NCBI GenBank assembly: GCA_964016885.1
Contig: OZ024742.1
Location: 378,386,001 to 378,450,000 of the forward strand
Reading direction: 5' to 3'
Length of the DNA stretch: 64,000 nucleotides
From: Eledone cirrhosa
Taxonomy: Eukaryota
In this document: positions 1 to 11,940 of the stretch, in pieces
How positions within the stretch are numbered: the stretch's first letter is position 1
Layout of the letters: every line of letters begins with the position of its first letter
Made by a program: the position numbers and the translations under genes
The notes under the pieces: generated by a model
The model's input: the letters and a program-made list of their open reading frames with translations, nothing else
Databases searched by the model: none
Told to the model about the DNA's origin: nothing

Positions 1-3000
1 TAGCACTGAGCAGTCTATTGTATTAATGTTGTGGTCAGTTGTAGTCTATTGTAGCACTGAGCAGTCTATTGTATTAATGTTGTGGTCATTTGTAGCTCTA
101 TTGTAGCACTGAGCAGTCTATTATATTAATGTTGTGGTCATTTGTAGTCTATTGTAGCACTGAGCAGTCTATTGTATTAGTGTTGTGGTCATTTGTCGCT
201 CTATTGTAGCACTGAGCAGTCTATTGTATTAATGTTGTGGTCAGTTGTAGTCTATTGTAGCACTGAGCAGTCTATTGTATTAATGTTGTGGTCATTTGTA
301 GCTCTATTGTAGCACTGAGCAGTATATTGTATTAATGTTGTGGTCATTTGTAGCTCTATTGTAGCACTGAGCAGTCTATTGTATTAATGTTGTGGTCAGT
401 TGTAGTCTATTGTAGCACTGAGCAGTCTATTGTATTAATGTTGTGGTCATTTGTAGCTCTATTGTAGCACTGAGCAGTCTATTGTATTAATGTTGTGGTC
501 ATTTGTAGCTCTATTGTAGCACTGAGCATTGTATTGTATTAATGTTGTGGTCATTTGTAGTCTATTGTAGCACTGAGCAGTCTATTGTATTAATGTTGTG
601 GTCATTTGTAGCTCTATTGTAGCACTGAGCAGTCTATTGTATTAATGTTGTGGTCATTTGTAACTCTATTGTAGCACTGAGCAGTCTATTGTATTAATGT
701 TGTGGTCATGTGTAGTCTATTGTAGCACTGAGCAGTCTATTGTATTAGTGTTGTGGTCATTTGTAGCTCTATAGTAGCACTGAGCAGTCTATTGTATTAA
801 TGTTGTGGTCATTTGTAGCTCTATTGTAGCACTGAGCATTGTATTGTATTAATGTTGTGGTCATTTGTTGTCTATTGTAGCACTGAGCAGTCTATTGTAT
901 TAATTTTGTGGTCATTTGTAGTCTATTGTAGAACTGAGCAGTCTATTGTATTAATGTTGTGGTCATTCCTAGTCTATTGTAGCACTGAGCAGTCTATTGT
1001 ATTAATGTTGTGGTCATTTGTAGCTCTATTGTAGCACTGAGCATTGTATAGTATTAATGTTGTGGTCATTTGTAGTCTATTGTAGCAATGAGCAGTCTAT
1101 TGTATTAATGTTGTGGTCATTTGTAGCTCTATTGTTGCACTGAGCAGTCTATTGTATTAATGTTGTGGTCAGTTGTAGTCTATTGTAGCACTGAGCAGTC
1201 TATTGTATTAATGTTGTGGTCATTTGTAGCTCTATTGTAGCACTGAGCAGTCTATTGTATTAATGTTGTGGTCATTTGTAGTCTATTGTAGCACTGAGCA
1301 GTCTATTGTATTAGTGTTGTGGTCATTTGTAGCTCTATAGTAGCACTGAGCAGTCTATTGTATTAATGTTGTGGTCATTTGTAGCTCTATTGTAGCACTG
1401 AGCATTGTATTGTATTAATGTTGTGGTCATTTGTTGTCTATTGTAGCACTGAGCAGTCTATTGTATTAATTTTGTGGTCATTTGTAGTCTATTGTAGAAC
1501 TGAGCAGTCTATTGTATTAATGTTGTGGTCATTCCTAGTCTATTGTAGCACTGAGCAGTCTATTGTATTAATGTTGTGGTCATTTGTAGTCTATAGTAGC
1601 ACTGAGCAGTCTATTGTATTAATGTTGTGGTCATTTGTAGCTCTATTGTAGCACTGAGCAGTCTATTATATTAATGTTGTGGTCATTTGTAGTCTATTGT
1701 AGCACTGAGCAGTCTATTGTATTAGTGTTGTGGCCATTTGTAGCTCTATTGTAGCACTGAGCAGTCTATTGTATTAATGTTGTGGTCAGTTGTAGTCTAT
1801 TGTAGCACTGAGCAGTCTATTGTATTAATGTTGTTGTCATTTGTAGCTCTATTGTAGCACTGAGCAGTCTATTGTATTAATGTTGTGGTCATTTGTTGCT
1901 CTGTTGTAGCACTGAGCATTGTATTGTATTAATGTTGTGGTCATTTGTAATCTATTGTAGCACTGAGCAGTCTATTGTATTAATGTTGTGGTCATTTGTA
2001 GCTCTATTGTAGCACTGAGCAGTCTATTGTATTAATGTTGTGGTCATTTGTAGCTCTATTGTAGCACTGAGCAGTCTATTGTATTAATGTTGTGGTCATT
2101 TGTAGTCTATTGTAGCACTGAGCAGTCTATTTTATTAATGTTGTGGTCATTTGTAGTCTATTGTAGCACTGAGCATTGTATTGTATTAATGTTGTGGTCA
2201 TTTGTAGTCTATTGTAGCACTGAGCAGTCTATTGTATTAATGTTGTGGTCATTTGTAGCTCTATTGTAGCACTGAGCAGTCTATTGTATTAATGTTGTGG
2301 TCATTTGTAGTCTATTGTAGCACTGAGCAGTCTATTGTATTAGTGTTGTGGTCATTTGTAGCTCTATTGTAGCACTGAGTAGTGTATTGTATTAATGTTG
2401 TGTTCATTTGTAGTCTATTGTAGCACTGACCAGTCTATTGTATTAATGTTGTGGTCATTTGTAGCTCTATTGTAGCACTGAGCAGTCTATTGTATTAATG
2501 TTGTGGTCATTTGTAGCTCTATTGTAGCACTCAGCAGTCTATTGTATTAATGTTGTGGTCATTTGTAGTCTATTGTAGCATTGAGCTGTCTATTGTATTA
2601 ATGTTGTGGTCATTTGTAGCTCTATAGTAGCAATGAGCAGTCTATTGTATTAATGTTGTGGTAATTTGTAGTCTATTGTAGCACTGAGCAGTGTATTGTA
2701 TTAATATTGTGGTCATTTGTAGTCTATTGTAGCACTGAGCAGTCTATTGTATTAATGTTGTGGTCATTTGTAGTCTATTGTAGCACTGAGCAGTCTATTG
2801 TATTAATGTTGTGGTCATTTGTAGCTCTATTGTAGCACTGAGCAATCTATTGTATTAATGTTGTGGTCATTTGAAGTCTATTGTAGCACTGAGCAGTCTA
2901 TTGTATTAATGTTGTGGTCATTTGTAGTCTATTATAGCACTGAGCAGTCTGTTGTATTAATGTTGTGGTCATTTGTAGCTCTATTGTAGCACTGAGCAGT

Positions 3001-4071
3001 CTATTGTATTAATGTTGTGGTCATTTGTAGTGTATTGTAGCACTGAGCAGTCTGTTGTATTAATGTTGTGGTCATTTGTAGCTCTATTGTATCACTGAGC
3101 ACTTTATTGTATTAATGTTGTGGTCATTTGTAGTCTATTGTAGCACTGAGCAGTCTGTTGTATTAATGTTGTGGTCATTTGTAGCTCTATTGTAGCACTG
3201 AGCAGTCTATTGTATTAATGTTGTGGTCATTTGTAGTCTATTGTAGCACTGAGCAGTCTATTGTATTAATGTTGTGGTCATTTGTAGCTCTATTGTAGCA
3301 CTGTGTCGTGTATTGTATTAGTGTTGTGGTCATTTGTAGCTCTATTGTAGCACTGAGCAGTCTATTGTTATAATGTTGTGGTCATTTGTCGCTCTATTGT
3401 AGCACTGAGCAGTCTATTGTATTAATGTTGTGGTCAGTTGTAGTCTATTGTAACACTGAGCAGTCTATTGTGTTAATGTTGTGGTCATTTGTAGCTCTAT
3501 TGTAGCACTGAGCAGTCTATTGTATTAATCTTGTGGTCATTTGTAGCTCTATTGTAGCACTGAGCAGTCTATTGTATTAATGTTGTGGTCATTTGTAGCT
3601 CTATTGTAGCACTGAGCAGTCTATTGTATTAATGTTGTGGTCATTTGTAGTCTATTGTAGCACTGAGCAGTCTATTGTATTAGTGTTGTGGTCATTTGTA
3701 GCTCTATAGTAGCACTGAGCAGTCTATTGTATTAATGTTGTGGTCAGTTGTATTCTATTGTAGCACTGAGCAGACTATTGTATTAATGTTGTGGTCATTT
3801 GTAGTATATTGTAGTTCTGAGCAGTCTATTGTATTGATGTTGTGGTCATTTGTAGTCTATTGTAGCACTGAGCAGTCTATTGTATTAATGTTGTGGTCAT
3901 TTGTAGTCTATTGTAGCACTGAGCAGTCTATTGTATTAACGTTGTGGTCATTTGTAGTCTATTGTAGCACTGAGCAGTCTATTGTATTAATGTTGTGGTT
4001 ATTTGTAGCTCTATTGTAGCACTGAGCAGTCTATTATATTAATGTTGTGGTCATTTGTAGTCTATTGTAGC

Positions 4072-5430
4072 ACTGAGCAGTCTATTGTATTAGTGTTGTG
4101 GTCATTTGTAGCTCTATTGTAGCACTGAGCATTGTATTGTATTAATGTTGTGGTCATTTGTTGTCTATTGTACCACTGAGCAGTCTATTGTATTAATTTT
4201 GTGGTCATTTGTAGTCTATTGTAGAACTGAGCAGTCTATTGTATTAATGTTGTGGTCATTCCTAGTATATTGTAGCACTGAGCAGTCTATTGTATTAATG
4301 TTGTGGTCATTTGTAGTCTATTGTAGCACTGAGCAGTCTATTGTATTACTGTTGTGGTCATTTGTAGCTCTATTGTAGCACTGAGCAGTCTATTATATTA
4401 ATGTTGTGGTCATTTGTAGTCTATTGTAGCACTGAGCAGTCTATTGTATTAGTGTTGTGGTCATTTGTAGCTCTATTGTAGCACTGAGCAGTCTATTGTA
4501 TTAATGTTGTGGTCAGTTGTAGTCTATTGTAGCACTGAGCAGTCTATTGTATTAATGTTTTGGTCATTTGTAGCTCTATTGTAGCACTGAGCAGTCTATT
4601 GTATTAATGTTGTGGTCATTTGTAGCTCTATTGTAGCACTGAGCATTGTATTGTATTAATGTTGTGGTCATTTGTAATCTATTGTAGCACTGAGCAGTCT
4701 ATTGTATTAATGTTGTGGTCATTTGTAGCTCTATTGTAGCACTGAGCAGTCTATTGTATTAGTGTTGTGGTCATTTGTAGCTCTATTGTAGCACTGAGCA
4801 TTGTATTGTATTAATGTTGTGGTCATTTGTTGTCTATTGTACCACTGAGCAGTCTATTGTATTAATTTTGTGGTCATTTGTAGTCTATTGTAGAACTGAG
4901 CAGTCTATTGTATTAATGTTGTGGTCATTCCTAGTATATTGTAGCACTGAGCAGTCTATTGTATTAATGTTGTGGTCATTTGTAGTCTATTGTAGCACTG
5001 AGCAGTCTATTGTATTACTGTTGTGGTCATTTGTAGCTCTATTGTAGCACTGAGCAGTCTATTATATTAATGTTGTGGTCATTTGTAGTCTATTGTAGCA
5101 CTGAGCAGTCTATTGTATTAGTGTTGTGGTCATTTGTAGCTCTATTGTAGCACTGAGCAGTCTATTGTATTAATGTTGTGGTCAGTTGTAGTCTATTGTA
5201 GCACTGAGCAGTCTATTGTATTAATGTTGTGGTCATTTGTAGCTCTATTGTAGCACTGAGCAGTCTATTGTATTAATGTTGTGGTCATTTGTAGCTCTAT
5301 TGTAGCACTGAGCATTGTATTGTATTAATGTTGTGGTCATTTGTAATCTATTGTAGCACTGAGCAGTCTATTGTATTAATGTTGTGGTCATTTGTAGCTC
5401 TATTGTAGCACTGAGCAGTCTATTGTATTA
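4072..5430. repeat. Local 669-bp (13-monomer) tandem duplication
   Basis: Identical marker ORFs at 4145 and 4814 (offset 669) share the private variant TGTACCACT (translating CTTEQ), plus CCTAGTATAT and TTACTGTT. Confidence 0.9.
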
Positions 5431-8400
5431 ATGTTGTGGTCAGTTGTAGCTCTATTGTAGCACTGAGCATTGTATTGTATTAATGTTGTGGTCATTTGTA
5501 ATCTATTGTAGCACTGAGCAGTCTATTGTATTAATGTTGTGGTCATTTGTAGCTCTATTGTAGCACTGAGCAGTCTATTGTATTAATGTTGTGGTCATTT
5601 GTAGCTCTATTGTAGCACTGAGCATTGTATTGTATTAATGTTGTGGTCATTTGTAATCTATTGTAGCACTGAGCAGTCTATTTTATTAATGTTGTGGTCA
5701 TTTGTAGCTCTATTGTAGCACTGAGCAGTCTATTTTATTAATGTTGTGGTCATTTGTAGCTCTATTGTAGCACTGAGCAGTCTATTGTATTAATGTTGTG
5801 GTCATTTGTAGTCTATTGTAGCACTGAGCAGTCTATTGTATTAGTGTTGTGGTCATTTGTAGCTCTATAGTAGCACTGAGCAGTCTATTGTATTAATGTT
5901 GTGGTCAGTTGTAGTCTATTGTAGCACTGAGCAGTCTATTGTATTAATGTTGTGGTCAGTTGCAGTTTATTGTAGCACTGAGCAGTCTATTGTATTAATG
6001 TTGTGTTCATTTGTAGTCTATTGTAGCACTGAGCAGTCTATTGTATTAGTGTTGTGGTCATTTGTAGCTCTATAGTAGCACTGAGCAGTCTATTGTATTA
6101 ATGTTGTGGTCAGTTGTAGTCTATTGTAGCCCTGAGCAGTCTATTGTATTAATGTTGTGGTCATTTGTAGCTCTATTGTAGCACTGAGCAGTCTATTGTA
6201 TTAATGTTGTGGTCATTTGTAGTCTATTGTAGCACTGAGCAGTCTATTGTATTAGTGTTGTGGTCATTTGTAGCTCTATAGTAGCACTGAGCAGTCTATT
6301 GTATTAATGTTGTGGTCATTTGTAGCTCTATTGTAGCACTGAGCATTGTATTGTATTAATGTTGTGGTCATTTGTTGTCTATTGTAGCACTGAGCAGTCT
6401 ATTGTATTAATTTTGTGGTCATTTGTAGTCTATTGTAGAACTGAGCAGTCTATTGTATTAATGTTGTGGTCATTCCTAATCTATTGTAGCACTGAGCAGT
6501 CTATTGTATTAATGTTGTGGTCATTTGTAGTCTATTGTAGCACTGAGCAGTCTATTGTATTAATGTTGTGGTCATTTGTAGCTCTATTGTAGCACTGAGC
6601 AGTCTATTATATTAATGTTGTGGTCATTTGTAGTCTATTGTAGCACTGAGCAGTCTATTGTATTAGTGTTGTGGTCATTTGTAGCTCTATTGTAGCACTG
6701 AGCAGTCTATTGTATTAATGTTGTGGTCAGTTGTAGTCTATTGTAGCACTGAGCAGTCTATTGTATTAATGTTGTGGTCATTTGTAGTCTATTGTAGAAC
6801 TGAGCAGTCTATTGTGTGGTCATTTGTAGTCTATTGTAGCACTGAGCAGTCTGTTGTATTAATGTTGTGGTCAGTTGTAGTCTATTGTAGCACTGAGCAG
6901 TCTATTGTATTAATGTTGTGGTCATTTGTAGCTCTATTGTAGCACTGAGCAGTCTATTGTATTAATGTTGTGGTCATTTGTCGCTCTATTGTAGCACTGA
7001 GCATTGTATTGTATTAATGTTGTGGTCATTTGTAATCTATTGTAGCACTGAGCAGTCTATTGTATTAGTGTTGTGGTCATTTGTAGCTCTATTGTAGCAC
7101 TGAGCAGTCTATTGTATTAATGTTGTGGTCAGTTGTAGTCTATTGTAGCACTGAGCAGTCTATTGTATTAATGTTGTGGTCATTTGTAGCTCTATTGTAG
7201 CACTGAGCAGTCTATTGTATTAATGTTGTGGTCATTTGTAGCTCTATAGTAGCACTGAGCAGTCTATTGTATTAATGTTGTGGTCAGTTGTAGTCTATTG
7301 TAGCACTGAGCAGTCTATTGTATTAATGTTGTGGTCATTTGTAGCTCTATTGTAGCACTGAGCAGTCTATTGTATTAATGTTGTGGTCAGTTGTAGTCTA
7401 TTGTAGCACTGAGCAGTCTATTGTATTAATGTTGTGGTCATTTGTAGCTCTATTGTATCACTGAGCAGTCTATTGTATTAATGTTGTGGTCATTTGTAGC
7501 TCTATTGTAGCACTGAGCATTGTATTGTATCAATGTTGTGGTCATTTGTAGTCTATTGTAGCACTGAGCAGTCTATTGTATTAATGTTGTGGTCATTTGT
7601 AGCTCTATTGTAGCACTGAGCAGTCTATTGTATTAATGTTGTGGTCATTTGTAACTCTATTGTAGCACTGAGCAGTCTATTGTATTAATATTGTGGTCAT
7701 TTGTAGTCTATTGTAGCACTGAGCAGTCTATTGTATTAGTGTTGTGGTCATTTGTAGCTCTATAGTAGCACTGAGCAGTCTATTGTATTAAAGTTGTGGT
7801 CAGTTGTAGTCTATTGTAGCACTGAGCAGTCTATTGTATTGATGGTGTGGTCATTTGTAGCTCTATTGTAGCAATGAGCAGTCTATTGTATTAATGTTGT
7901 GGTCATTTGTAGCTCTATTGTAGCACTGAGCATTGTATTGTATTAATGTTGTGGTCATTTGTAATCTATTGTAGCACTGAGCAGTCTATTGTATTAATGT
8001 TGTGGTCATTTGTAGCTCTATTGTAGCACTGAGCAGTCTATTGTATTAATGTTGTGGTCCGTTGTAGTCTATTGTAGCACTGAGCAGTCTATTGTATTAA
8101 TGTTGTGGTCATTTGTAGCTCTATTGTAGCACTGAGCAGTCTATTGTATTAATGTTGTGGTCAGTTGTAGTCTATTGTAGCACTGAGCAGTCTATTGTAT
8201 TAATGTCGTGATCATTTGTAGCTCTATTGTATCACTGAGCAGTCTATTGTATTAATGTTGTGGTCATTTGTAGCTCTATTGTAGCACTGAGCATTGTATT
8301 GTATTAATGTTGTGGTCATTTGTAGTCTATTGTAGCACTGAGCAGTCTATTGTATTAATGTTGTGGTCATTTGTAGCTCTATTGTAGCACTGAGCAGTCT

Positions 8401-10799
8401 ATTGTATTAATGTTGTGGTCATTTGTAACTCTATTGTAGCACTGAGCAGTCTATTGTATTAATGTTGTGGTCATTTGTAGTCTATTGTAGCACTGAGCAG
8501 TCTATTGTATTAGTGTTGTGGTCATTTGTAGCTCTATAGTAGCACCGAGCAGTCTATTGTATTAATGTTGTGGTCAGTTGTAGACTATTGTAGCACTGAG
8601 CAGTCTATTGTATTAATGTTGTGGTCATTTGTAGCTCTATTGTAGCACTGAGCAGTCTATTATATTAATGTTGTGGTCATTTGTAGTCTATTGTAGCACT
8701 GAGCAGTCTATTGTATTAGTGTTGTGGTCATTTGTAGCTCTATTGTAGCACTAGGCAGTCTATTGTATTAATGTTGTGGTCAGTTGTAGTCTATTGTAGC
8801 ACTGAGCAGTCTATTGTATTAATGTTGTGGTCATTTTCAGCTCTATTGTAGCACTGAGCAGTCTATTGTATTAATGTTGTGGTCATTTGTAGCTCTATTG
8901 TAGCACTGAGCATTGTATTGTATTAATGTTGTGGTCATTTGTAATCTATTGTAGCACTGAGCAGTCTATTGTATTAATGTTGTGGTCATTTGTAGCTCTA
9001 TTGTAGCACTGAGCAGTCTATTGTATTAATGTTGTGGTCATTTGTAGCTCTATTGTAGCACTGAGCAGTCTATTGTATTAATGTTGTGGTCATTTGTAGT
9101 CTATTGTAGCACTGCGCAGTCTATTGTATTAGTGTTGTGATCATTTGTAGCTCTATAGTAGCACTGAGCAGTCTATTGTATTAATGTTGTGGTCAGTTGT
9201 AGTCTATTGTAGCACTGAGCACTCTATTGTATTAATGTTGTGGTCATTTGTAGCTCTATTGTAGCACTGAGCAGTCTATTGTATTAATGTTGTGGTCATT
9301 TGTAGCTCTATAGTAGCACTGAGCAGTCTATTGTATTAATGTTGTGGTCAGTTGTAGTCTATTGTAGCACTGAGCAGTCTATTGTATTAATGTTGTGGTC
9401 ATTTGTAGCTCTATTGTAGCACTGAGCAGTCTATTGTATTAATGTTGTGGTCATTTGTAGTCTATTGTAGCACTGAGCAGTCTATTGTATTAGTGTTGTG
9501 GTCATTTGTAGCTCTATAGTAGCACTGAGCAGTCTATTGTATTAATGTTGTGGTCATTTGTAGCTCTATTGTAGCACTGAGCATTGTATTGTATTAATGT
9601 TGTGGTCATTTGTTGTCTATTGTAGCACTGAGCAGTCTATTGTATTAATTTTGTGGTCATTTGTAGTCTTTTGTAGAACTGAGCAGTCTATTGTATTAAT
9701 GTCGTGGTCATTCCTAGTCTATTGTAGCACTGAGCAGTCTATTGTATTAATGTTGTGGTCATTTGTAGTCTATTGTAGCACTGAGCAGTCTATTGTATTA
9801 ATGTTGTGGTCATTTGTAGCTCTATTGTAGCACTGAGCAGTCTATTATATTAATGTTGTGGTCATTTGTAGTCTATTGTAGCACTGAGCAGTCTATTGTA
9901 TTAGTGTTGTGGTCATTTGTAGCTCTATTGTAGCACTAGGCAGTCTATTGTATTAATGTTGTGGTCAGTTGTAGTCTATTGTAGCACTGAGCAGTCTATT
10001 GTATTAATGTTGTGGTCATTTGTAGCTCTATTGTAGCACTGAGCAGTCTATTGTATTTATCTTGTGGTCATTTGTAGCTCTATTGTATCACTGAGCATTG
10101 TATTGTATTAATGTTGTGGTCATTTGTAATCTATTGTAGCACTGAGCAGTCTATTGTATTAATGTTGTGGTCATTTGTAGTCTATTATAGCACTGAGCAG
10201 TCTGTTGTATTAATGTTGTGGTCATTTGTAGCTCTATTGTAGCACTGAGCAGTCTATTGTATTAATGTTGTGGTCATTTGTAGCTCTATTGTAGCACTGA
10301 GCAATCTATTGTATTAATGTTGTGGTCATTTGAAGTCTATTGTAGCACTGAGCAGTCTATTGTATTAATGTTGTGGTCATTTGTAGTCTATTATAGCACT
10401 GAGCAGTCTGTTGTATTAATGTTGTGGTCATTTGTAGCTCTATTGTAGCACTGAGCAGTCTATTGTATTAATGTTGTGGTCATTTGTAGTGTATTGTAGC
10501 ACTGAGCAGTCTGTTGTATTAATGTTGTGGTCATTTGTAGCTCTATTGTATCACTGAGAACTTTATTGTATTAATGTTGTGGTCATTTGTAGTCTATTGT
10601 AGCACTGAGCAGTCTGTTGTATTAATGTTGTGGTCATTTGTAGCTCTATTGTAGCACTGAGCAGTCTATTGTATTAATGTTGTGGTCATTTGTAGTCTAT
10701 TGTAGCACTGAGCAGTCTATTGTATTAATGTTGTGGTCATTTGTAGCTCTATTGTAGCACTGTGTCGTGTATTGTATTAGTGTTGTGGTCATTTGTAGC

Positions 10800-11940
10800 T
10801 CTATTGTAGCACTGAGCAGTCTATTGTATTAATGTTGTGGTCAGTTGTATTCTATTGTAGCACTGAGCAGACTATTGTATTAATGTTGTGGTCATTTGTA
10901 GTATATTGTAGTTCTGAGCAGTCTATTGTATTGATGTTGTGGTCATTTGTAGTCTATTGTAGCACTGAGCAGTCTATTGTATTAATGTTGTGGTCATTTG
11001 TAGTCTATTGTAGCACTGAGCAGTCTATTGTATTAATGTTGTGGTCATTTGTAGTCTATTGTAGCACTGAGCAGTCTATTGTATTAATGTTGTGGTCATT
11101 TGTAGCTCTATTGTAGCACTGAGCAGTCTATTATATTAATGTTGTGGTCATTTGTAGTCTATTGTAGCACTGAGCAGTCTATTGTATTAGTGTTGTGGTC
11201 ATTTGTCGCTCTATTGTAGCACTGAGCGGTCTATTGTATTAATGTTGTGGTCAGTTGTTTGTCTATTGTAACACTGAGCAGTCTATTGTATTAATGTTGT
11301 GGTCATTTGTAGCTCTATTGTAGCACTGAGCAGTCTATTGTATTAATCTTGTGGTCATTTGTAGCTCTATTGTAGCACTGAGCAGTCTATTGTATTAATG
11401 TTGTGGTCATTTGTAGCTCTATTGTAGCACTGAGCAGTCTATTGTATTAATGTTGTGGTCATTTGTAGTCTATTGTAGCACTGAGCAGTCTATTGTATTA
11501 GTGTTGTGGTCATTTGTAGCTCTATAGTAGCACTGAGCAGTCTATTGTATTAATGTTGTGGTCAGTTGTATTCTATTGTAGCACTGAGCAGACTATTGTA
11601 TTAATGTTGTGGTCATTTGTAGTATATTGTAGTTCTGAGCAGTCTATTGTATTGATGTTGTGGTCATTTGTAGTCTATTGTAGCACTGAGCAGTCTATTG
11701 TATTAATGTTGTGGTCATTTGTAGTCTATTGTAGCACTGAGCACTCTATTGTATTAATGTTGTGGTCATTTGTAGTCTATTGTAGCACTGAGCAGTCTAT
11801 TGTATTAATGTTGTGGTTATTTGTAGCTCTATTGTAGCACTGAGCAGTCTATTATATTAATGTTGTGGTCATTTGTAGTCTATTGTAGCACTGAGCAGTC
11901 TATTGTATTAGTGTTGTGGTCATTTGTAGCTCTATTGTAG
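10800..11940. repeat. 721-bp (14-monomer) offset duplication of the GTATTCT/CAGACT/AGTTCTG/TTGATG cassette
   Basis: Marker ORFs at 10832 and 11553 (offset 721). The same pair recurs at 32498/33219 and 58752/59473. Confidence 0.85.

Noticed and set aside
1-52. CENP-B box or bacterial promoter-like elements (TATTAAT, TTGT)
   Set aside because: There is no TTCG....A..CGGG motif since the consensus lacks CpG. AT-rich hexamers are expected by chance and have no downstream gene.
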